Assembly: GCA_963829105.1 (NCBI GenBank)
Contig: CAWHHF010000018.1
Span: 41,374-105,373, forward strand
Direction of reading: 5' to 3'
Source of the DNA: an uncultured Chloroflexia bacterium
GTDB lineage: Bacteria > Chloroflexota > Limnocylindria > Limnocylindrales > CSP1-4
DNA length: 64,000 bases
The position numbers were made by a program, and so were the translations under genes. The notes below the pieces were generated by a model that was not told the origin of the DNA, did no database searches, and saw only the letters and a list, made by a program, of their open reading frames with translations. Of this stretch, positions 9,712 through 18,441 are shown in pieces. The number at the start of each line of letters is the position of its first letter. The stretch's first letter is position 1.

Positions 9712-9963
9712 ATGACAAGCGAAAGCCCGACCCAACGCGTGGAGGTCAGCTTCGTCGGTGTGCCTCCGGCCCGGCAGATAGAGCGGGCGTCCGGGGTCAG
9801 CGAGGTGGAGGTCGACGGTCCGGTCCTGCGCTGCCTGGTGTGCGGCAGCTTCCAGCCGTTCCTCGAGGCTCTGCGCGGTCACGAGGTCGTCAGCCTCAGT
9901 GCCTCTCCCGTCGCGATTGGTGGCCCAGGTCAACGTCAGCCACAACAGGGAGATGAAGGATGA
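9712..9963 (+). CDS. Small protein resembling the C-terminal (DUF4162-like) domain of ABC-2 type ATPases, without a nucleotide-binding domain
   Basis: Internal ATG at 9712 of track ORF 9565..9963. Product MTSESPTQRVEVSFVGV...VEVDGPVLRCLVCGSFQPFLEALRGHEVVSL. ATGA stop/start overlap with the next gene at 9960-9963. Confidence 0.4.
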   Translation: MTSESPTQRVEVSFVGVPPARQIERASGVSEVEVDGPVLRCLVCGSFQPFLEALRGHEVVSLSASPVAIGGPGQRQPQQGDEG

Positions 9964-10712
9964 ATGCGGCAGGCGATCACATGGCGCTGGACAAGGTGGC
10001 CAGGATCACGGGCGGCCTCTACCTCGCCTACATCATGGCTTCGGTGCTCGCCACCATGCTGGGGCAGATCGGGATGGGTGCAGCGCCACAGGTCTACCAG
10101 GCGATCACCACGAGCGAGGGGTCGTTTCGCCTCGGTCTCGTCATCGCGCTGACAACAGGGTTCCTCTTCCTGATGGTCGCGTGGGGCCTCTACGTCCTCC
10201 TGCGACGGGTCAACAAGAACCTCGCGCTGCTGTTCCTGCTGCTCAACGCCGTCGGGGTCGCCATCCAGGGCGCGAGCATGTTGTCACTGGTATCCGCGCT
10301 GCTGCAGGGAGACGCGACGAGCCACATGCAGGCCTACTCGGCGGCACAACTGGAGGGGCTGGCGTACCTGTCCATCAACGTCTACAAGGCGGGCTGGGTC
10401 ACGGCGCAGCTGTTCTTCGGCACGTGGCTGTTCCCGCTCGGCTATCTCGTCTACAAGTCCGGGATCCTGCCCCGGTTCCTGGGCGTCCTGCTGGTGCTCG
10501 ACGGACTCGCCGTCCTGGTCTGGTTCCTCCAGGCCCTCCTCCTGCCGGACTACAACGCGATCCACTACCCTGGCCTCGCGTTGAGCTTCGTCGCCGAGCT
10601 CGGGCTGGCCCTGTGGCTCCTCGTCAAGGGCGTGAAGGTCGTCGACGCCGGAGCAGGCGTGCCGGCCGAGAAGCGGCTCGCGGATCCACTGGCCGAGGGC
10701 GCTCGGGCGTGA
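9960..10712 (+). CDS. DUF4386-family polytopic membrane protein
   Basis: 250-aa ORF with ...ARITGGLYLAYIMASVLA...WLFPLGYLVYKSGILPRFLGVLLVL...VAELGLALWLLVKGV. Confidence 0.8.
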   Translation: MNAAGDHMALDKVARITGGLYLAYIMASVLATMLGQIGMGAAPQVYQAITTSEGSFRLGLVIALTTGFLFLMVAWGLYVLLRRVNKNLALLFLLLNAVGVAIQGASMLSLVSALLQGDATSHMQAYSAAQLEGLAYLSINVYKAGWVTAQLFFGTWLFPLGYLVYKSGILPRFLGVLLVLDGLAVLVWFLQALLLPDYNAIHYPGLALSFVAELGLALWLLVKGVKVVDAGAGVPAEKRLADPLAEGARA

Positions 10713-11630
10713 AGGCCATCGTCTGCAAGCGGTACGGTCCACCGGAGGTCCTCCGGGTCGAGGAGCTCGCGACCCCGGTTCCCCGGGCGAACGAGGTGCG
10801 CATCCGCATCCTGGCAACCGCCGTGACGTCCAGCGACTGCTACGTCCGGGGGCTCAACCTGAGCCCCGCCTACCGGCTCATGGCGCGGCTCGCACTCGGA
10901 TGGAACGCGCCCAGGCAACCCGTGCTCGGTATGGTGCTCTCGGGGGAAGTGGACTCGGTCGGGCCGGACGCCCGGTCATTCGAAGTGGGTGAGCGGGTAT
11001 TCGGCTTCAATCGACACCGATTCGGAACGTATGCGCAGTTCGTGTGCTGGCCGGAAGACGGACTCCTGGCGACGCGACCGGCCAACCTCAGCGACGAAGA
11101 AGGCGCGGCCATTTCCTACGGTGGCCTCCTCGCGCTCCACTTCCTGCGCAGGGCCGGCGTTCGAGAGGGACAACGGGTCCTCGTCTACGGGGCCTCAGGA
11201 GCGGTGGGCACGTCCGCCGTGCAGCTTGCCCGGCATTTCGGGGCGGAGGTGACCGGCGTTTGCAGCACCGCGAACCTGGACCTCGTTGCATCGCTCGGCG
11301 CGACCTCGGTGATCGACTACACCAGCGAGGATTTCACGGAGGAAGGCAGCGCGGTACGACCTGATCCTCGACGCCGTGGGCAAGAGGAAGAGCGCCGCGA
11401 CGCTCCGGCGGTGCCGGCAGGTGCTGGCTCCCGGCGGCGCCTGCGCATCGGTCGACGACGGGACACCGGACCTTCGTCGCGAAGACCTTGTGCTGCTCGG
11501 CGAGCTGGCAACGAAGGGTGAGATCAGGCCCGTGATCGACCGCACGTATGCCCTGGACGACATCGTCGACGCGCACCGGTACGTCGACAGCGGACACAAG
11601 CGCGGCAACGTGATCATCACCGTGACGTAG
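10709..11630 (+). pseudogene. MDR-family NAD(P)H:quinone oxidoreductase (zinc-type alcohol dehydrogenase-like), frame-disrupted as assembled near 11341-11355
   Basis: GTG 10709 overlaps the upstream stop (GTGA). VKAIVCKRYGPPEVLRVEE...VLVYGASGAVGTSAVQLARHFGAEVTGVC...DYTSEDFTEEG then shifts +1 into RYDLILDAVGKRKS...GEIRPVIDRTYALDDIVDAHRYVDSGHKRGNVIITVT (track ORF 11376..11630). Paralogue 12146..13123 is colinear across the break. Confidence 0.8.
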
Positions 11631-11674
11631 CGCTCAGAACCCGTTCGAGAACCGGTATTCGTCAGGCGCCGAGG

Positions 11675-12079
11675 CTAGGCAGCCGTGGACACCCACGTCC
11701 ATGCGTACCAGGCGGTCAGTGCATTGAAGACGAAGCTCACGATGATCAGGAAGTTGTCGTACAGGCCGGCGTAGGGCAGGCCGAAGACGTTGAAGACGAC
11801 GACGAGCGCTGCCACGACGATGTTGAGCCAGCCGACAGCGGGATACGGCAGCGTCAGGGACAGGACGACCATGATGATCGGGACCAGCATGATCACGGCG
11901 ATCCCGAGCCACATTCCCTGGCTCGCCCGTCGGCCCGCGATTTCGCCCGGTGTTATGTCGCCTGCGAACAAGCGCAGGACATCCCCCAGGAGGTAGGTCA
12001 GCATCACAGCCACCCACAACCCCGAGAGGATGATCCTTACGTCCGTCATGACTTCAGTTGCCTCGTTCCTGAGCTTCAT
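11675..12079 (-). CDS. DUF6326-like small membrane protein
   Basis: 134-aa ORF with LSGLWVAVMLTYLLGDVLRLF...IIMVVLSLTL...WLNIVVAALVVV...ALTAWYAWTW, the pattern I recall for DUF6326. The start could instead be the second ATG (12049). Confidence 0.6.
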   Translation of the reverse strand: MKLRNEATEVMTDVRIILSGLWVAVMLTYLLGDVLRLFAGDITPGEIAGRRASQGMWLGIAVIMLVPIIMVVLSLTLPYPAVGWLNIVVAALVVVFNVFGLPYAGLYDNFLIIVSFVFNALTAWYAWTWVSTAA

Positions 12080-12145
12080 TCTGCTTCATGGTGATGATGA
12101 CTCTCCCTCGGGCAGGCCCTGAGGCCAGCCTGGCCTTCAGGCACC

Positions 12146-13123
12146 TCAGATCGCGACGACGACCTTCCCTCGAGCATGCCCCGCCTCGATGTAGCGGATG
12201 GCCGCCGCCGCCTCGGGCAGTGGATACGTCGCGTCGATGACTGGCCGGAGCTTCCCCTCCTCCACCATGGACGTGAGGACCTCGAGATCCTCACGCTTCG
12301 GGTTGGAGAGGGGGCGGCGCAGGCCCTGCTTCACGAAGGGGGACAGCACGACCGGTCGGATCAGCCGGACCAGCAGCGCCAGGCCGCTCGCGCCCGTGCC
12401 GCTGTTGAGGACGAGGGTGCCGTCAGGCACGAGGGCCCGCCGGCAGTCGGAGAGGGAGTGGTTCTCGATGTTGTCGAGAATCAGGTCGTAGCGTGCGGTC
12501 CCCCGGGTGAAGTCCTCCCGGGTGTAGTCGATGACGTGGTGCGCGCCAAGCGAGCGGACCAGCTCCACGTTCGTCGGGCCGCAGACGCCGGTCACCTCGG
12601 CACCGAAGGCGCGGGCGATCTGCACCGCGTACGTGCCCACGCCGCCCGACGCGCCGTTGATGAGGACCCTCTGGCCGGCCTGAAGCCGGCCCGCATCGCG
12701 GAGGCCGTGGAGCGCCGCGGACGCCGACGTCGGGATGGCCGCGGCCTGCTCGAAGGTCAGGCCGGCCGGCTTGCGGACGAGGGTGTCCTCGGCTGCCCTC
12801 GCGTACTCGGCGCAGGCCCCCGATGACGGCCAGCTGCAGAGGCCGAAGGCCTCGTCACCGGGCGCGAACCGGGTCACCGCGCTGCCGGTCGCCTCCACCG
12901 TCCCCGCGATGTCGAACCCAGGCACGCCGAGCTTCGGCCCGCGCAGGCCGCTCGTGAACCGGACCGGGAATGGCGAGCCCCGGACGCCGAACGCGTCACC
13001 GATGTGGAGCCCCGCTGCGTGTACCCGCACGAGCACCTCCCGGTCGCCGATCCCGGGCCTGTCGATCTCACGGATCGCGAGCACCTCCGGCCCGCCGTAC
13101 CGTTGCTGGACGATTGCCTTCAC
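12146..13123 (-). CDS. MDR-family NAD(P)H:quinone oxidoreductase
   Basis: 325-aa ORF with MKAIVQQRYGGPEVL...VLINGASGGVGTYAVQIARAFGAEVTGVC...GKLRPVIDATYPLPEAAAAIRYIEAGHARGKVVVAI. Confidence 0.9.
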   Translation of the reverse strand: MKAIVQQRYGGPEVLAIREIDRPGIGDREVLVRVHAAGLHIGDAFGVRGSPFPVRFTSGLRGPKLGVPGFDIAGTVEATGSAVTRFAPGDEAFGLCSWPSSGACAEYARAAEDTLVRKPAGLTFEQAAAIPTSASAALHGLRDAGRLQAGQRVLINGASGGVGTYAVQIARAFGAEVTGVCGPTNVELVRSLGAHHVIDYTREDFTRGTARYDLILDNIENHSLSDCRRALVPDGTLVLNSGTGASGLALLVRLIRPVVLSPFVKQGLRRPLSNPKREDLEVLTSMVEEGKLRPVIDATYPLPEAAAAIRYIEAGHARGKVVVAI

Positions 13124-13189
13124 CCGGTTCCTCCTTGGGCCATATCCACCATCGAGCTCAGCCGACTGAGGACGAGGGCGTGGGCGCGA

Positions 13190-13636
13190 TCACGGCGAGG
13201 GTGCGACCTGGGTCCGCGGCCACGCCCATGCCGTGCGGACGATCGCGACGAGGAGCACGACCTCGACAGCGCTCCCGAGGAGGTAGTAGACCCACCCCTC
13301 GCCGATGCACGACGCGATGATGCTGACCGCGTAGACGAGGGCGACGACGATGTTGACGATCCGGTTGACGCGGGGCCGAAGGACGAGCGACAGGACCACC
13401 ATCAGCGTCGGGATGAGGACGTAGGCGGTGGTCAAGACCAGGAACACCTGGTCGACCGCGATCCCCATGGCCGCCACCTTGCCGTCGAGCGCGGCCCGGA
13501 GGATGTCGGCGCGGAAGAACCCGAAGATGTCGACGTAGGCGAACACGATCAGCATCGCGATCCAGAGCGCGGACAGCACGAGCTTCACGTCGATCCTGGT
13601 GTTCCGGTACTGCCCGGCCTGTGTCGTGGTGCTCAT
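13190..13636 (-). CDS. DUF6326-like small membrane protein (paralogue of 11675..12079)
   Basis: Start set at the internal ATG 13636. Product MSTTTQAGQYRNTRIDVKLVLSALWIAMLIVFAYVDIFGFF...MVVLSLVLRPRVNRIVNIVVALVY...VAIVRTAWAW. Confidence 0.7.
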   Translation of the reverse strand: MSTTTQAGQYRNTRIDVKLVLSALWIAMLIVFAYVDIFGFFRADILRAALDGKVAAMGIAVDQVFLVLTTAYVLIPTLMVVLSLVLRPRVNRIVNIVVALVYAVSIIASCIGEGWVYYLLGSAVEVVLLVAIVRTAWAWPRTQVAPSP

Positions 13637-13764
13637 GCGGCACTCCATTCCTGGACGATTGCCTGCACCGATCTCTCCTCGTGGCTGCGCATCGCATCGC
13701 TGCTTATGACGTAAGCATATGCCATAAGCTATGATGCTGTCAACGGCACCCGAGGAGAACGTGG

Positions 13765-14427
13765 ATGACACGCCGAACGACGCCAAAGCGCGCGCCGCTC
13801 AACCGGGACCGCGTGCTGCGCGCCGCGCTTGAGCTGGCCGATGAGGGCGGCACCGGGGCGCTGACGATGCAGAAGATCGGTCGCCGGCTGGGCGTGGAGG
13901 CGATGTCGCTCTACCGGCACGTCCGCAACAAGGACGACATCCTCGACGGGATCGTCGACCTCGTCTTCACCGAGGTGGAGCTGCCGGCCGATCGCTCGAG
14001 CTGGCGGACGGTGCTCCGCGCCCGATCCGTCTCGACCCGCGCTGCCCTGCGGCGGCATCCCTGGGCGATCACGCTCATGGAGTCGCGCATGGCGCCCGGC
14101 CCTGCGAACCTCCGCAGCCACGAGGACACCATCACCGTCCTGCTCGACGCGGGGTGCTCCGCGATCACGGCCACGCACGCCTACAACCTCGTCGACAGCT
14201 ACGTCCTCGGGTTCGCGCTCCAGGAGGTGAACCTGCCGTTCAGCAACGCCGAGGAGCTGGCAGCGATGGGCGAGGAGCTGCTCGCCCACGTGCAGGCGGA
14301 CGAGTACCCGAACTCGGCGCGGGTCGCCGGTGAGCTCCTCGCGTCCGGGTTCGACTACGGAGACGAGTTCGAGTTCGGGCTCGACCTCATCCTCGACGGC
14401 ATCGAGCGGTACCTGCAGGGGGCGTGA
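13765..14427 (+). CDS. TetR-family transcriptional regulator (TetR-class C-terminal domain)
   Basis: 220-aa ORF with RDRVLRAALELADEGGTGALTMQKIGRRLGVEAMSLYRHVRNKDDILDGIVDLV. GAGGAG RBS upstream. Divergent from the DUF6326-QOR-DUF6326 operon. Confidence 0.9.
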   Translation: MTRRTTPKRAPLNRDRVLRAALELADEGGTGALTMQKIGRRLGVEAMSLYRHVRNKDDILDGIVDLVFTEVELPADRSSWRTVLRARSVSTRAALRRHPWAITLMESRMAPGPANLRSHEDTITVLLDAGCSAITATHAYNLVDSYVLGFALQEVNLPFSNAEELAAMGEELLAHVQADEYPNSARVAGELLASGFDYGDEFEFGLDLILDGIERYLQGA

Positions 14428-15060
14428 TCGCGAGGCTCGGAATCGTGGGTGGCCCTCGCCCAGGCGTCCGCCCGCCGACAGCGCTCCGGCGTCACTGAGA
14501 ACCCACGGCGGGAGATGGCCCGGGATCGTCGCGGATGACGTCTCGCTCCGAATGAGCTCGACACCAGCGTCTGCTTCCACATCCGAGACGCGGCGACGGA
14601 GCTCGTCTCGCCGCAGCACGTCGTGCAACTCCAGGAGCGGGCGCGGGGATACGATGGGGTCGAACACGCCCAAGCACAGCTCGACCTGGAGCTGCCGCTG
14701 TCGGCGGGGCCGGTCGGACGACGGTCCGCTTCGGCGGCCGGTCCCGCGATCGGGCGGCTTCCCGCACCAGACCATTGTGGATTGACCGATGCCCCGATCG
14801 ATGATCGCCGCTGCGGCGGCCGCGCTGCCGGCAGAGCACCGTGCGCTCGGCGTGGAGGAGCTCGGCCGACCGCTTGCGGCGCGGGGACAGGCCCGCTCGA
14901 CGAGGCCGATCGCGGCGGTTCACCGGGCGTTCCGTGTGGACCGGCGATCCCGCCGACCCGGCGACGGGCCGCAGGCGAGCGATACCACCAGGGGTCTGCG
15001 CTGCCTTGGACCGGAGCTTGGCGCGATCCATCCGGAACCGGGTCACCCGTGCGCTCGCTG

Positions 15061-18000
15061 ATGGCGGCGTGGCGGATGAGTCTGCGTCGCACCCGTGCCG
15101 ACTGGCCGATCGTCGCGGCGGCCTGGCTGGTCACGCTCCTCGCCGCCGCGCTTGTCGCTGCCGGACCGATCTACTGGTCAGCTGCCTCCGCGGCGGGGCT
15201 GGGCCGGACGGTCGCCGCGTATTCCGTCGCGGAGACGTCGATCGAAGTCTCGCTCTACGGGGCACCGGCACGCGTCGCCGCCATCGACGACCAGGTCGTG
15301 ACCGACCTGCAGCACGCCACCACGGCGGTGAACGGCAGCGTCCTGCGCGACGTGCGGAGCACCGCGACGCTCACGCTGCCCAGCCAGCCATCGGTCCGGG
15401 AAGGCGACCTGGCCGTCCTGGGCTCCCTGGACGCGCTCCCAGGCCACGCCACGCTGATCGGCGGCAGCTGGCCGGTGGAGAGCAGCGATTCGTCCGGACC
15501 CATCCCGGTCGTTGTCGTGGACTCTGTCGCGAAGGAGCTCCGCCTCACCGTCGGTGACGAGCTGTTGCTCGTGACCCAGGTAGGCGACCGGACAGTGGTC
15601 CCGGTGCGCCTCGTGGGCATCTTCGCCATCGCCGCGGTCACCGACCCCTACTGGCACGGCGACACGCAGCTCACCACCGGCATCCTGGATGGACCGGGCT
15701 ACCGAACCTTCGGGCCGTTCCTCACGACCTCCCACGACCTCCTGCAGCGCGTTCCCATCGGTTCGGTTCACGCGTGGTGGCGCACATCCCTGGATCTGGC
15801 AAGGCTGACGGTGGACGGCACGACGCCGCTGCTCAGGTCGCTGGAGGCCTTGCCCGACCGGTTGCGGTCGGACATCGGCGAGGCGCCCACCATCACGATG
15901 GGGCTCCCGCCGCTTCTCGCCGATGCGGAACGCTCGCTCCTGGTGAGCCGCACCAACATGTACCTGCTGATGGCGCAGCTGGCGATCCTTGCCATCTACG
16001 CGGTCATCCTCGTCGCGTCCCTGCTGGTGGACCACCGGAGGTCCGACACCGCCGCTCTCCTCTCCCGCGGGGCCGGGCCCTCGCAGGTGGGCTTCCTCGC
16101 GCTTGCTGAGGGGATCCTGATCGCGATCCCGGCCGCGGTCCTCGGGCCCTGGCTGGCGGTCGCGGCCGTGGCGATCCTGAACGCCGTGGGGCCGCTGGCC
16201 GATGTTGGCCTCGAGACGCAGCCGCGGGTCACCGTGGAGGGCTACCTTGCCGCCGGCGCCATCGCCATCGTGTGTGTGGCGCTGCTGGTGCTGCCCGCGA
16301 TGCTGTCCGCGCGCAGCCTCGCGGCCGAGCAGCGCGGGCTCTCCCGGCCCGAGACGCGTACCCTCGGGCAACGGATGGGGCTCGACATCGCGCTCCTGGC
16401 CATCTCCTGTATCGCGCTCTGGCAATTGCGCCTCTACGGCGCACCACTGACCCGCACGGTGCAGGGCAGCTTGGGCATCGATCCACTGCTCGTGGCGGCA
16501 CCGGCGATCAGCCTGCTGGCGGGCGGCGTGCTGGCACTGCGAATCCTGCCCCTCCTGGCCCAGGGGGTGGAGGCCGCGGTCTCCCGCCGGCGGGACCTCG
16601 TCGCGACGCTCGGCTCCCGCCAGCTGGCCCGTCGCCCGCTGCGCTACACGCGCGCCCTCCTCCTGTTCATGATCGCCATCTCGATGGGTGTGCTGACCGT
16701 GTCGTACGCCGCGACATGGTCCAGCGCTCAGCGCGACCAGGCCGCCTACCAGGCGGGGGCCGATGTGCGGGTGGTGCCCGGCGACTCGCTCGGCGGGCTG
16801 CCCGCCTGGGCCCTGCCCGGCGCGTACGCGGGGCTGCCGGACATCGTTCGGGCGTCACCGGTCGAGCGCATCCGAGACGGGATCTCGTTCGCCGCCGGCT
16901 CAGGCGACCTCCTGGGGATCGATGCCGCTACGGCCGGCGGCCTCGTGCTCTTCCGCGCAGATGAATCGGCCAGCCCGCTCAGCGACCTGTTGCAGAGGCT
17001 TCGCGATGGCCGACCGGAGCCGCGCCTCACGACGCTGCCGGCGGGAACCGCCTACCTTCGCATCGCGCCCCGTCTCGACGTGGCGATCCGCGGAACGGTG
17101 ATCGACCCCGCCACCGGCGAGGCGCGCCTCGAGCAGCTCGATCCCGCCTCGCTGGCCGCCGTGCGCGTGCGCGTTAGCGCGCTCGTGCGTGACGCGGGTG
17201 GACTCCTGTACCGCGTCGAGTCCGATCCTGTGCCGATGGCTGGGCCGGGGACGGCCATCGTGCTGTCGCTCGAGCCCACCGGAGCGCGCAGCGCCCCGGT
17301 GGTGGCGAAGGTCGGCGCCCGGTTCGACGGGCCCGTGGAGCTCGCCGGTCTGGGCATCGACGTGTGGCTTCCCGGGGACGCGGTCATGTCCGACGGTTTC
17401 GTGGGAGTGGCCTCGCTCTCGGCCGGTGGCGAAACGGGGGGCCCGTGGACGGACGTGCCGCTCAGGTCAACCGGCTGGAGCGCCCAGATGGCCGAGGGAC
17501 TCCGTCTGCCGGGTGCCGTGCCCGCCGGCCAGACGGACGGCACCGCCGTGCATCTCACCGGGAATGGGCTGCAGAACCCTGACTCTGCCAACGGAACCGG
17601 CCAGCAAGCCGGACGAATTCAGGTTCCTGCCTGCCGCACTCGCCTCGCTCGACGAGGCGCTGCCGGTGATCGCCAATCGCGCCTTCCTGGCCGCCATCGC
17701 AGCGTCACCCGGCGACACGGTCACGGCCACGGTGGTTGGCTCGGTCCAGCGCCTGTCGATCGCCGGGGTGGTCGACTCGTTTCCGACCACCGATCCGGAG
17801 CGGCCGTTGCTGATCCTCGACGAGGCCACCCTCGGCCTGCTGCGCCTGCAGCGGACGAGCAGCGCCCGAAGCGCGGACGAGTGGTGGATGAAGGCTGCCG
17901 ACGGACGCTCGGAGCCGTTGGCGGCGGCGCTGCGCGCCAGCCCGTTCGACAGCTCACTGGTGACGAGCGTCGACGACCGCGCCCACAGCCTCAGCACGGA

Positions 18001-18439
18001 CCCGGTCGCGATCCTCACCATCGGCGCCCTGGCGATCGGCTTCGTCGCCACCGGGCTGTTCGCCGTCGTGGGCCTGACCGTGACCACGTCGGCGGCGGCG
18101 CGCGCGCGTCGCCCCGAGTTCGCGCTCCTGCGCGCCCTCGGTCTCTCGGGGAGGCAGCTGACGGGCTCGCTGTGGCTCGAGAACGGCACGCTGGTGCTGG
18201 TCGGCCTGCTCGCGGGGACGGCACTCGGCCTCCTCATCGGCTGGATGGTCCTGCCATTCGTCACCGTGTCGCAGGGCGCGACGACGCCGGTGCCGCCGGT
18301 CATCGTCGACGTGCCCTGGGACCGCATCCTCCTGCTCGACGCTGCCATCGCGCTGGCGCTTGTCACTGCGCTGCTGGTAGTCGGTAGCGTGCTGCGCCGG
18401 TTGGAGCTAGGCAGCGTCCTCCGCATGGGGGAGGACTGA
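15061..18439 (+). pseudogene. Large FtsX-family (MacB-type) ABC permease with two FtsX domains, frame-disrupted as assembled near 17560-17600
   Basis: ATG 15061 (MAAWRMSLRRTRADWPIVAAAWLVTLLAAAL...). A good membrane/ECD sequence runs to ...AVHLTGNGLQ, then becomes nonsense. The +1 frame (track ORF 17189..18439) continues with ...LPVIANRAFLAAIAASPGDTVTATVVG...FALLRALGLSGRQLTGSLWLENGTLVLVGLLAGTALG..., a typical C-terminal FtsX domain. Confidence 0.75.
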
Positions 18440-18441
18440 AC

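Noticed and set aside
9899-10708. N-terminal 270 aa of the 540-aa plus ORF 9899..11521
   Set aside because: This part overlaps the DUF4386 gene in another frame and reads as Arg/Gly/Pro-rich nonsense. The oxidoreductase homology begins only at the GTG at 10709.
13729-14775. 348-aa minus-strand ORF
   Set aside because: For most of its length it is the antisense shadow of the TetR gene (13765..14427). Only the part beyond 14428 is discussed as a possible relic.
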